Positions 7,035 to 15,009 of a stretch of DNA of 64,000 bases are shown one piece after another. The stretch lies in assembly GCA_020724885.1 (NCBI GenBank), contig DYGD01000003.1, positions 3,103 to 67,102 on the forward strand, read 5' to 3'. The stretch comes from Candidatus Paceibacter sp. GTDB taxonomy: Bacteria; Patescibacteriota; Minisyncoccia; Phycocordibacterales; BOKC01. The number at the start of each line of letters is the position of its first letter. The stretch's first letter is position 1. The notes beneath the pieces are model-generated. The model was not told where the DNA came from. It was given only the letters and a program-made list of their open reading frames with translations, and ran no database searches. The position numbers and the translations under genes were made by a program.

Positions 7035-9431
7035 CTAATGACCTGTTTTTTTCACCTCCTTCAACTCCCCCCAGTTTTTACCAATTTCGGCGTTTACAAC
7101 AAGAGGCACACCGCCAGTTTCTTCTAAAGTTAGAACTTCTTCCATAATTTTTTTAATTTTTGGAACCACTTCTTCCGCCAAATCTTCAGCCACTTCATAA
7201 ACCAATTCATCGTGAATTTGCAAAACCAAATAAGCTTTGTTCTGCAAATTATTATTTTCAATATATTTATCAACGGCAATCATTGCCAGTTTTATAATAT
7301 CAGCGGCAGTGCCCTGAAGCGGCGCGTTGACCGCCATTCTCTCAGCGGCCGAACGGATATAATCCATCTTTGAGCGTAAAGTGGGAAAATAGCGGCGGCG
7401 ACCAAAAAGCGTTTCCGTATAGCCGTTTTTCTCCGCCTGTTTTTTAATTTGCTCCAGATAATCCGACAAGGTGCTGAAATTCTTGAAGTAGTCGTCTAAA
7501 AACTTTTGAGCTTCTTCCCGACTGGTGCCGAGATTGGCTCGTAAAGCATTTACTCCCATACCGTAAATAATGCCAAAATTTATAACTTTAGCTCTTCGGC
7601 GCATTTCATAATCAACTTTTTCAAGCGGCACGTCAAAAACCACAGACGCTACGGCAGAGTGAACGTCTTCGCCTTTTTTAAAAATCTCCAAGAGTTTTTC
7701 ATCTCTTGAAAGAAAGGCCGCGACTCTAAGCTCAATTTGAGAATAATCAAAAGCGGAGAGTAAAAAGCCACCTTCGGCCACAAAGGCCCCTCTAATTCTT
7801 TTTCCAAGTTCTGTTTTAATAGGAATATTTTGCAAATTGGGAGAGCTTGAAGACATTCGGCCAGTAGTAGTGCCCGTTTGTGAAAATTTAGCGTGAAGCC
7901 GGCCATCGCTTGATAGCATTTCAGGAATATTATCAATATAAGTAGAAAGCAGTTTTTGAAATTCGCGGTATTCCAAAATTAGCGGAATTACCGGGTGCGA
8001 GCCCTTCATTTTTTCCAGCTCTGATTCGCGAGTGGACTTGGCGCCGGTTGAAGTTTTTTTCTGATTTTTGGGTTTTAATTTGAGACCGTCAAAAAGCACT
8101 TGGCCCAACTGTTTGGGCGAATTGATATTAAATTCCAAACCGGAAAGCGACCAGATTGCCTGTTCAAGTTTTTTTAATTCTTGGTGATACTCGGCCGATA
8201 GTTTTTTCAAAAAAGCCGTATCTATTTTTATCCCCCGATCCTCCATTTTCTCCACAATCGGAATAAGTGGTTTTTCTATCCGTTTAAAAAGATCTTCTAA
8301 TTTCCGTTTTTTAAGTTCGGCAAAAATTTTCTCTCCAGCCCGTTCAAACGATTGGCTGTCGGCAAACCCTAAAACCTCGTCCAAGCCCGGATTGGTAATG
8401 TTGGAATCAATAAGCCACAAAGCAATGGCTGTTTCTTTCAGTTTTGATTCTGAAATATCGCTAGTTTTATTTTCATCGAGAGTTAACTGGCGCTTTTCTT
8501 CACCGCCAAAAAAATTATTCTTAACCCGATCACTCAAGGCCCGAAATTCCAACTGGCTAAACATTCGCAGGACTTCTTCTCTCTTTAGTCCGGACAACCA
8601 ATTCTCTTTCGGCAATTCAAAATCGATCGGCGCTTGGAAATTGATGGTAGCCAACGCCTTAGAAAAAATCGCCTCTTCTTCATTCTCCTTTAAGATTTCT
8701 ATCACTCGCGGGCTTACGCCGGCTTGTTCAAGTTTGGCAGGGTCTTTCTTTAAAATTTTATAAATTTTTTCAATAGTGCCAAATTCTTTTATTAAAATAC
8801 CGGCGGTTTTCTCGCCAATGCCGGGCACGCCGATAATGTTGTCGGACGGATCGCCGCGCAGACCTTTATAATCCGGCAAGAGCTCCGGCTGAAAACCAAA
8901 CCGCTCCAAAACCGCCGGCTCGTCATAAATTATCGTGTCTTTTATGCCTTTTTTCAGAGTGTAAACCTTGACTCGGTCTCCTTTCACCAATTGCAAAGTG
9001 TCCATATCGCCAGAAGCGATAATAATTTCCAAATCCTTTCTGTCTTTTAGTTTTTCTACAATCGTTCCCAGCAGGTCATCGGCCTCAAAGCCTTGTTTTT
9101 CATAAACCGGCACATTAAAAGCGGTAAAAAGTTCTTTGGATTTTTCAATCTGCCAAATTAGGTCGTCTTTGGTCTTCGCCCTCTTGGCTTTATATCCCTC
9201 ATAGGCCTCGTGCCGATAGGTCGGGCCTTTAACATCAAAACAAGCGACGATATAATCTGGTTTGAATTCGGAAATAATTTTTAACAACATCAAGGATAGA
9301 CCGTATAAAGCTCCTGTCGGTTCGCCCTTGTTTGAAGAAAAATCCGGCAGAGCGTGATAAGCCCGATGCAAGATGGCTTGAGCGTCTAATAAAACCAAGC
9401 TTATTTTTTTGTCTTTTTCTTTTCCGGCCAT
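7035..9431 (-). CDS. polA: DNA polymerase I (5'-3' exonuclease plus polymerase domains; compact form)
   Basis: N-terminal 5'-3' exo/FEN domain (KISLVLLDAQAILHRAYHA...), polymerase motifs (DYSQIELRV..., KVINFGIIYGMG, LQIHDELV). Start set at internal ATG 9431 (MAGKEK...); track ORF starts at 9488. About 800 aa suggests a reduced or absent 3'-5' exo domain. Confidence 0.85.
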   Translation of the reverse strand: MAGKEKDKKISLVLLDAQAILHRAYHALPDFSSNKGEPTGALYGLSLMLLKIISEFKPDYIVACFDVKGPTYRHEAYEGYKAKRAKTKDDLIWQIEKSKELFTAFNVPVYEKQGFEADDLLGTIVEKLKDRKDLEIIIASGDMDTLQLVKGDRVKVYTLKKGIKDTIIYDEPAVLERFGFQPELLPDYKGLRGDPSDNIIGVPGIGEKTAGILIKEFGTIEKIYKILKKDPAKLEQAGVSPRVIEILKENEEEAIFSKALATINFQAPIDFELPKENWLSGLKREEVLRMFSQLEFRALSDRVKNNFFGGEEKRQLTLDENKTSDISESKLKETAIALWLIDSNITNPGLDEVLGFADSQSFERAGEKIFAELKKRKLEDLFKRIEKPLIPIVEKMEDRGIKIDTAFLKKLSAEYHQELKKLEQAIWSLSGLEFNINSPKQLGQVLFDGLKLKPKNQKKTSTGAKSTRESELEKMKGSHPVIPLILEYREFQKLLSTYIDNIPEMLSSDGRLHAKFSQTGTTTGRMSSSSPNLQNIPIKTELGKRIRGAFVAEGGFLLSAFDYSQIELRVAAFLSRDEKLLEIFKKGEDVHSAVASVVFDVPLEKVDYEMRRRAKVINFGIIYGMGVNALRANLGTSREEAQKFLDDYFKNFSTLSDYLEQIKKQAEKNGYTETLFGRRRYFPTLRSKMDYIRSAAERMAVNAPLQGTAADIIKLAMIAVDKYIENNNLQNKAYLVLQIHDELVYEVAEDLAEEVVPKIKKIMEEVLTLEETGGVPLVVNAEIGKNWGELKEVKKTGH

Positions 9432-9871
9432 AAAATTTTTATTTGTCTGACATCCCCTCCCAGATGTCGCAGTTCTATTTTGACGCAATTTTCAGGCAAA
9501 AGCCCCCCGACTCTTTCCGGCCATTCTACAAAGATAATGTTCTCGCCATTTTCTAAAATTTCTTGCCAGCCGAGCTTCGCTAGTTCATCGGAAGATTCCA
9601 AGCGATAAGCATCTATGTGCACCAAGGTCTTAAAACAAGAATCGCGAACCTTGTAATTTTTCATAATCACAAAGGTCGGACTGATTATATTACTCTCAAT
9701 TCCAAAGTGTTCTGCCAAAAAACCGACTAGGGTCGTTTTGCCGGTCCCCAATTCACCAGAGAGGCAGACAATGACTGCGTGCGCCCCGACACCGCCCAGC
9801 TTCAATAATTTTGAGTGGATTTCTCCCGCCAAAAGACCTGTCTCTTCTCGGTTTTTGCAAATTGTTTCCAT
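9401..9871 (-). CDS. tsaE: tRNA threonylcarbamoyladenosine biosynthesis protein TsaE (YjeE)
   Basis: 156 aa; P-loop LSGELGTGKTTLVGFLAE...SPTFVIMKNY typical of TsaE; 3' end overlaps polA start. Confidence 0.8.
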   Translation of the reverse strand: METICKNREETGLLAGEIHSKLLKLGGVGAHAVIVCLSGELGTGKTTLVGFLAEHFGIESNIISPTFVIMKNYKVRDSCFKTLVHIDAYRLESSDELAKLGWQEILENGENIIFVEWPERVGGLLPENCVKIELRHLGGDVRQIKILWPEKKKTKK

Positions 9872-10008
9872 AAAGATATTCTACCAAAACCTTCTGTCTT
9901 TGCCTTGTTTGTCCAAAATCAACAAAAAGAGTAAAATTAGAGACACGCATCAAGCGAAATCTTGTTTCGGCCACATCAAAAATTTCGAATTTTTTTCATA
10001 AATTTCGT

Positions 10009-11694
10009 ATGCCCAAATTCCAAGACGAAAAACAAAATTTAAAACTGGAAGAGTTGAGAAAACAAGAGGCCGAGGATTTGGCCAAAACCTTGTCTGAAAA
10101 ATATAATCTACCCTACATAGACCTGACAATCAGTCCAATCAATATAGAGGCCTTAAGAATAATAAACAAGAAAGACGCCGAGGAACACGGCTTAACCGCT
10201 TTTGACATCATAAACAAAAAGCTGAAAATTGGCATCTTGGCTCCAAAAAACCTTAAAAGCCGAGAATATATTGAAATTTTAAAGCGGAAAGGATACGAGC
10301 CAGAACTCTATATGGTTTCTCAAGAGGGCTTAAATAGAGCGTGGGAACGGTATGAAGATCTCCACGCCGACACAAAGACCAGGAAAGGTGGTCTGGACAT
10401 TTCAAACGACGAAATTTTAAAGTTGATAAAAACAACCGGCAGTTTGGAAAATATAAAAAACTTGGTTGAAAATAGTTTGTCTGAAAAAAGTGTTTATCGG
10501 ATATCAAAGATATTTGAAGTAATCTTGGCTGGCGCCCTAGCGACAAAAGCGTCCGATATTCATTTGGAACCAGAAGCGGATTATGTTCGCCTTCGGTACC
10601 GACTGGACGGGGTTTTGACCGACATACTTAACTTTGATACCGCGACATACAAACGATTGCTTTCAAGAATAAAACTGCTGTCGGGTTTAAAGTTAAACAT
10701 CACCAGCCAAGCCCAAGACGGCCGTTTCAGTATCGGCTTGAAAGATAAGGAAATAGAAGTAAGAACCTCTATCCTGCCGGGCGCGTATGCAGAAACCATT
10801 GTCTTGAGAATTCTTGATCCCAAAGCTATTTCCGTACCTTTGGAAGAACTGGGGATTCATCCCCGATTGCTACAAATTTTGTTGTATGAAATAAGCAAGC
10901 CGAACGGTATGATTTTAAACACCGGCCCGACCGGCTCCGGCAAAACCACGACTCTTTACGCATTCTTAAAAAAAATCCACCAACCCGGGATAAAAATAAT
11001 TACAATTGAAAACCCGATTGAATACCACCTGCCAGGGATAGTCCAAACCCAAACTGATGCCAAGCAAGGTTATACATTTCTTTCCGGCTTAAGAAGCGCT
11101 TTGCGCCAAGATCCAGATGTTATTATGGTCGGCGAAATTAGAGACCAAGAAACCGCGGAAGTTGCTGTCAATTCGGCTCTGACCGGACACTTGGTTTTTT
11201 CCACCCTGCACACAAACAATGCCGCCGGCACTTTTCCTCGGCTTATAGATTTAAAAATAAATCCAAAAATATTAACTTCGGCTATCAACGTCGCCATGGC
11301 GCAAAGATTAACCAGAAGATTGTGCGATTCTTGTAAAAAACCCAAAAACTTATCGGGCCAAGAAAAAAATAAAGTAGATAAAATTATTAACTCAATCAGA
11401 GACAAAAGCTATCTTGAAAATGTTCAGACAAAACAAACATGGGAAGCAGTCGGATGCAAAAAATGCAATTTTACAGGATTTAGCGGCAGAATCGGTGTCT
11501 ATGAAGCAATCAGAACCGACGAGAACATAGAGATGGTTATTCAGAAAAATCCAAGCGAACGAGAAATTAATAAAGCAGCCGAGGGACAAAATATTTTGAA
11601 TATGGCCCAAGATGGAACGATTAAAATCTTGCAAGGGATCACTTCCCTAACAGAGCTAGAAAGAGTGGTGGATTTGTCTTCCGAAAAGGTGTGA
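10009..11694 (+). CDS. pilB: type IV pilus / type II secretion assembly ATPase (PilB/GspE family)
   Basis: 561 aa; N-terminal GspE-N domain, Walker A GPTGSGKTTTLYAFL, Asp/His boxes, C-terminal tetra-Cys motif CDSCKKP...CKKCNFTGFSGR. Confidence 0.85.
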   Translation: MPKFQDEKQNLKLEELRKQEAEDLAKTLSEKYNLPYIDLTISPINIEALRIINKKDAEEHGLTAFDIINKKLKIGILAPKNLKSREYIEILKRKGYEPELYMVSQEGLNRAWERYEDLHADTKTRKGGLDISNDEILKLIKTTGSLENIKNLVENSLSEKSVYRISKIFEVILAGALATKASDIHLEPEADYVRLRYRLDGVLTDILNFDTATYKRLLSRIKLLSGLKLNITSQAQDGRFSIGLKDKEIEVRTSILPGAYAETIVLRILDPKAISVPLEELGIHPRLLQILLYEISKPNGMILNTGPTGSGKTTTLYAFLKKIHQPGIKIITIENPIEYHLPGIVQTQTDAKQGYTFLSGLRSALRQDPDVIMVGEIRDQETAEVAVNSALTGHLVFSTLHTNNAAGTFPRLIDLKINPKILTSAINVAMAQRLTRRLCDSCKKPKNLSGQEKNKVDKIINSIRDKSYLENVQTKQTWEAVGCKKCNFTGFSGRIGVYEAIRTDENIEMVIQKNPSEREINKAAEGQNILNMAQDGTIKILQGITSLTELERVVDLSSEKV

Positions 11695-11744
11695 ATTAAT
11701 CACTTGTTTTGTAAGACGGGTTGTGAAATGATTAAAAAATCAAA

Positions 11745-11879
11745 AACACAAACCTCTAAGCAGCACTTTTAAGTGGAACAAAAAAGTATGGTGTTTGGCT
11801 AAGGATAGTTCCAGCCGAGGCCAAAAGGTCCTCGCCAAAAACCAAAAGGTCCGGAGACCCGTTGCTTAGAGGTTTGTGT
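11745..11879 (+). repeat. 19-bp long-range inverted repeat (ACACAAACCTCTAAGCAGC / GTTGCTTAGAGGTTTGTGT) flanking 96 nt in the 283-nt pilB-ruvB spacer
   Basis: Arms at 11745-11764 and 11861-11879 (18/19 complementary, 1 G-U); interior has small hairpins GGTCCGGAGACC and GAGGCCAAAAGGTCCTC. Confidence 0.45.
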
Positions 11880-11976
11880 TTTCAATTTCAAAAACCCTAA
11901 CCTCTGGTATCCTAGCATAAAAGATTGCCTGTGTCAAATGTTTCCCTAACCGACCCAAACGGGGTAAAATTTAGCT

Positions 11977-13050
11977 ATGGCTAAAAAAGAAAGCGGAATA
12001 AATCCTCCGTCCCGCCCCGATTCCGCTAAAGCGGAATCGGGGCGGGACACCTCCTTTAGAAAAGTAGGAATAAATAGCGATTTTCAGTACTTAGACCAAA
12101 AACTCCGGCCAAGCCGTTGGGACGAATACATCGGGCAAAAAAACATAAAAGATAATCTGCATATTTTGCTGTCAGCGGCAAAAGAAAGAGAGCACCCGCC
12201 AGAGCATATTCTGTTCTACGGCCCGCCGGGCTTAGGAAAAACCACCCTGGCACACCTTATCGCCAAAGAAATCAACGCTCAAATTAAAATAACTTCCGGT
12301 CCGGCGATTGAAAGAGTTGGCGATTTGGCTTCAATTTTGACCAACCTCTCTCCGGGCGATATTTTGTTCATTGATGAAGTCCACCGCTTGCATAAAACCA
12401 TAGAAGAAGTCCTATACCCAGCAATGGAGTCCGGCAGTTTGGATATTGTCCTCGGCAAAGGCCCTTCGGCCAGAACCGTTCAGTTGGAGTTGCCACCCTT
12501 CACTTTAATCGCCGCTACCACCAGAATTGCCATGCTGTCGTCTCCCCTTCGCAGTCGCTTTTCCGGTGGCGTCTTTAGATTGGAATATTATAATCAGGAA
12601 GAAATCGCCGAGATTATCCGCCGTTCGGCCAAAATCTTAGGAATTAAGATAGAAAATAAAGCGGTGGAAGAAATCGCCAAACGAAGCCGATTCACTCCGC
12701 GTACCGCAAACTATTTTCTGAAGCGATGTCGCGATTTTGCGCAAATTAAAAAAACCAGTTTGACGGAAGGAGTCGTGACTGAAGCATTGAAAATGCTTGG
12801 TATTGACGAAGTCGGTCTTTGGCCATCCGACCGAAAAATTTTGGAAGTCATAGCCCACAACTTCCGAGGCGGGCCGGTCGGACTCAACACTTTAGCCGCC
12901 TCAATTTCCGAAGAATCGGCAACAATTGAAGAATACAACGAGCCATATCTGATTCAAATCGGTTTTTTGGAACGAACTCCAAGAGGCCGAGCGGTTACCA
13001 GTTTCGGACTTAAACACATCAACAAACAAAAAGAAGGTTTGTTTAAATAA
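11977..13050 (+). CDS. ruvB: Holliday junction DNA helicase RuvB
   Basis: 357 aa AAA+; LRPSRWDEYIGQ..., Walker A GPPGLGKTTLAHLIAKE, Walker B FIDEVHRL. Confidence 0.9.
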   Translation: MAKKESGINPPSRPDSAKAESGRDTSFRKVGINSDFQYLDQKLRPSRWDEYIGQKNIKDNLHILLSAAKEREHPPEHILFYGPPGLGKTTLAHLIAKEINAQIKITSGPAIERVGDLASILTNLSPGDILFIDEVHRLHKTIEEVLYPAMESGSLDIVLGKGPSARTVQLELPPFTLIAATTRIAMLSSPLRSRFSGGVFRLEYYNQEEIAEIIRRSAKILGIKIENKAVEEIAKRSRFTPRTANYFLKRCRDFAQIKKTSLTEGVVTEALKMLGIDEVGLWPSDRKILEVIAHNFRGGPVGLNTLAASISEESATIEEYNEPYLIQIGFLERTPRGRAVTSFGLKHINKQKEGLFK

Positions 13051-13062
13051 AGTTTCATTCAC

Positions 13063-13099
13063 GGCAAGGGCTCCCCTAGTAAGAAGGGGAGCCCTTGCC
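13063..13099. terminator. bidirectional hairpin terminator (GGCAAGGGCTCCCC-tagtaagaa-GGGGAGCCCTTGCC)
   Basis: 14-bp perfect stem between convergent ruvB (+) and the island ORF (-). Confidence 0.65.
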
Positions 13100-13172
13100 A
13101 TATTCCGTTATAAAAAATAACCCTCCGTCTGCCGAAGCAAACAGAGGGTCAAGGGGTCCAAGTGCCAAAGTG

Positions 13173-13835
13173 TCAGCTTGCGGCAGACACAGTGGCAGAG
13201 GGCCCAAGAACAGAATTACTGCGAGAGAACACCATGAGGCCAGCGTCCCACCTGCCCGGGTACTCAACGGGGTCGGCGCGGACGAGCCAGCCGTCGCCAT
13301 CCCAGAAGACGTAGACCGCGCGAAGGACGCCATTCCGGTCGTGAGCGTAGAAGATGTTGGCACGGCCGTTGTTCAAGAGAACGCCGGCTTCGCCGTTCTT
13401 CTGTAGTGTCATGAGGTGGTAGATATGTCTGAGTGTCGTTCTTGGGTTCTCCTCCCCGCCGAGTTCGGCGATGATGGGTCCGTCCACCTCTTGTCTTGTG
13501 AGCTTGTAGTAGCAGAGAGTGGCATAGCTTTCCGGCTCTTCTGCCATCCCGCCGAAGTAGTTTCGGAAGTTGTATCCGATGAAAGAGATATTGACCGGAG
13601 CTTTTGGACTTGTGTCCACCTTGAAGTGGTCGTCCACGATGAACGGCTCCGTGCCGGCCGGCACATCCACAGTGCCGATGTGTTGGAGGAGTAGTGGCTT
13701 GGAAGCTTCGTTGATCTGAAACTCCACCGTTCCGTTGAGAACACCGATGACGGTTTTCGCGCCTCCAACCTTCTTGACGAAGGCGTTCAGTTGTCCGACG
13801 GTTAGACTGGCAGATGCGAATTCGGGTGAACTCAT
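13173..13835 (-). CDS. hypothetical protein (220 aa) encoded in a G+C-rich island; no recognisable domain
   Basis: Balanced amino-acid composition (MSSPEFASASLTVGQLNAFVKK...VYVFWDGDGWLVRADPVEYPGRWDAG...), GGAG RBS 7 nt before the ATG. The two other long ORFs over the same DNA are Arg-rich alternate frames. Confidence 0.55.
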   Translation of the reverse strand: MSSPEFASASLTVGQLNAFVKKVGGAKTVIGVLNGTVEFQINEASKPLLLQHIGTVDVPAGTEPFIVDDHFKVDTSPKAPVNISFIGYNFRNYFGGMAEEPESYATLCYYKLTRQEVDGPIIAELGGEENPRTTLRHIYHLMTLQKNGEAGVLLNNGRANIFYAHDRNGVLRAVYVFWDGDGWLVRADPVEYPGRWDAGLMVFSRSNSVLGPSATVSAAS

Positions 13836-13901
13836 CTTTACTCCTTGCCCTTGCTCGGGCGGTTTGATTTGCTCTAATCCGAGCTAGGAGCCATGCCAAC
13901 A

Positions 13902-13951
13902 TGGTCATAGCCAGAAAACCTCTATATTTCAAGGTCTTTTGGCTATGACCA
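13902..13951. promoter_or_regulatory. 12-bp perfect inverted repeat TGGTCATAGCCA-N26-TGGCTATGACCA upstream of the island ORF
   Basis: Arms 13902-13913 and 13940-13951; operator-like dyad about 70-115 bp upstream of the island ORF start. Confidence 0.4.
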
Positions 13952-14087
13952 TAGTATCCTTATCCGCAAGTATAACTTCAAAGAGCAAAACTGCTTCTAG
14001 TATACACTAAAGTAGTTTTTTGTCAATCTTACGAGTGAAAACTCTGATGATATACTACAAACTACCCCGAACTAAAGCACAGCTTAG

Positions 14088-14137
14088 TACGGGACAGGCT
14101 TACTATCCCGACACGCAAAGCGGTCGGGATCCCGTAC
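14088..14137 (+). promoter_or_regulatory. imperfect GC-rich hairpin in the yebC 5' region
   Basis: GTACGGGA...TATCCCGAC-acgcaaagcg-GTCGGGATCCCGTAC, about 40 nt upstream of the yebC TTG start. Confidence 0.35.
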
Positions 14138-14178
14138 CTCCGGCAAAGCCGAAGCGTCGGGACTAACTACAAACTAAC

Positions 14179-14706
14179 TTGGCTGGTCACAACAAATGGT
14201 CAAAAGTTAAGAGGAAAAAGGCGGTTACCGACGCTCAAAAGAGCAAGCTTTTCAGCAAGGCTGTAAAACTGATCAGCGCTGAAGCCAAAAAGTCCGGCGG
14301 AGTAGAGTCCGTCGGTCTAAAGTCGGCGATTGAAAAAGCCAAGGAGGCAAATGTTCCAAAAGATGTCATTGAAAGAGCGGTCAAAAAAGCCAAGGAAAGC
14401 GCGTCACAAGAAGCAATAACCTATGAGGCCTATGGTCCGGGCGGAGTAGCGATAATCATTGAAGCATTAACTGAAAACCGCAACAAAGCGGTGGCGGAAA
14501 TAAAACATATTTTGTCAAAACACGGTTTTGCCTTGGCCACTACAGGCAGTGCTGTTTGGGCTTTCAAGAAAGAGCCGGCTGGGAGCGATTGGCAACCGGC
14601 CAACACCCTTAAACTCTCTGCCGAAGACGAAGAAAAACTCGGCGCCCTAATTGATGACTTGGAAGAAAACGACGAGGTTCAAGAGGTTTTTACCAACGCA
14701 GAGTAA
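14179..14706 (+). CDS. yebC: YebC/PmpR family DNA-binding regulatory protein (short form)
   Basis: (M)AGHNKWSKVKRKKAVTDAQKSKLFSK... canonical YebC N-terminus; TTG start codon at 14179; 175 aa (shorter than the ~240-aa canonical form). Confidence 0.8.
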   Translation: MAGHNKWSKVKRKKAVTDAQKSKLFSKAVKLISAEAKKSGGVESVGLKSAIEKAKEANVPKDVIERAVKKAKESASQEAITYEAYGPGGVAIIIEALTENRNKAVAEIKHILSKHGFALATTGSAVWAFKKEPAGSDWQPANTLKLSAEDEEKLGALIDDLEENDEVQEVFTNAE

Positions 14707-14712
14707 AAAGCT

Positions 14713-14979
14713 ATGGAGGATATTTCAAGTTTTCTAAAAAAATTTCGCTTGCTGGTCAAAGATGGTAGCGAACAAAAGAAAATGGTTGCCGGTGTTCTAA
14801 AACCTTTTTGCAGTTGCGACATTCTACCGAGTGAAATAGATTTTCGCCAAAGAAGAATTTACTTGAAAACAAACAGAACCCAACCCGCCGACAAAAACAA
14901 CATATTCCTGAATAAAAAAGAAATTATAGAAAAAATAAATAAAGAAACCGGACTAAGTTTTGAAGACATCGGTTTTTAA
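14713..14979 (+). CDS. hypothetical protein (88 aa)
   Basis: ORF immediately downstream of yebC in the same orientation; no recognisable motif. Confidence 0.35.
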   Translation: MEDISSFLKKFRLLVKDGSEQKKMVAGVLKPFCSCDILPSEIDFRQRRIYLKTNRTQPADKNNIFLNKKEIIEKINKETGLSFEDIGF

Positions 14980-15009
14980 ACATTCTCCTAACATTTATAA
15001 CAATCTCGG

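Noticed and set aside
11836-11850. SRP RNA at the pilB-ruvB spacer (GGUCCGGA octamer)
   Set aside because: The conserved domain IV GGAAGCAGC motif and symmetric loops are absent.
13264-13932. Additional long ORFs (13264-13932, 13409-13768, 13095-13406, 13416-13694) overlapping the island-a gene
   Set aside because: Arg/Pro/Ser-rich composition typical of alternate reading frames in G+C-rich DNA; the 13173-13835 frame has balanced composition and a GGAG RBS.
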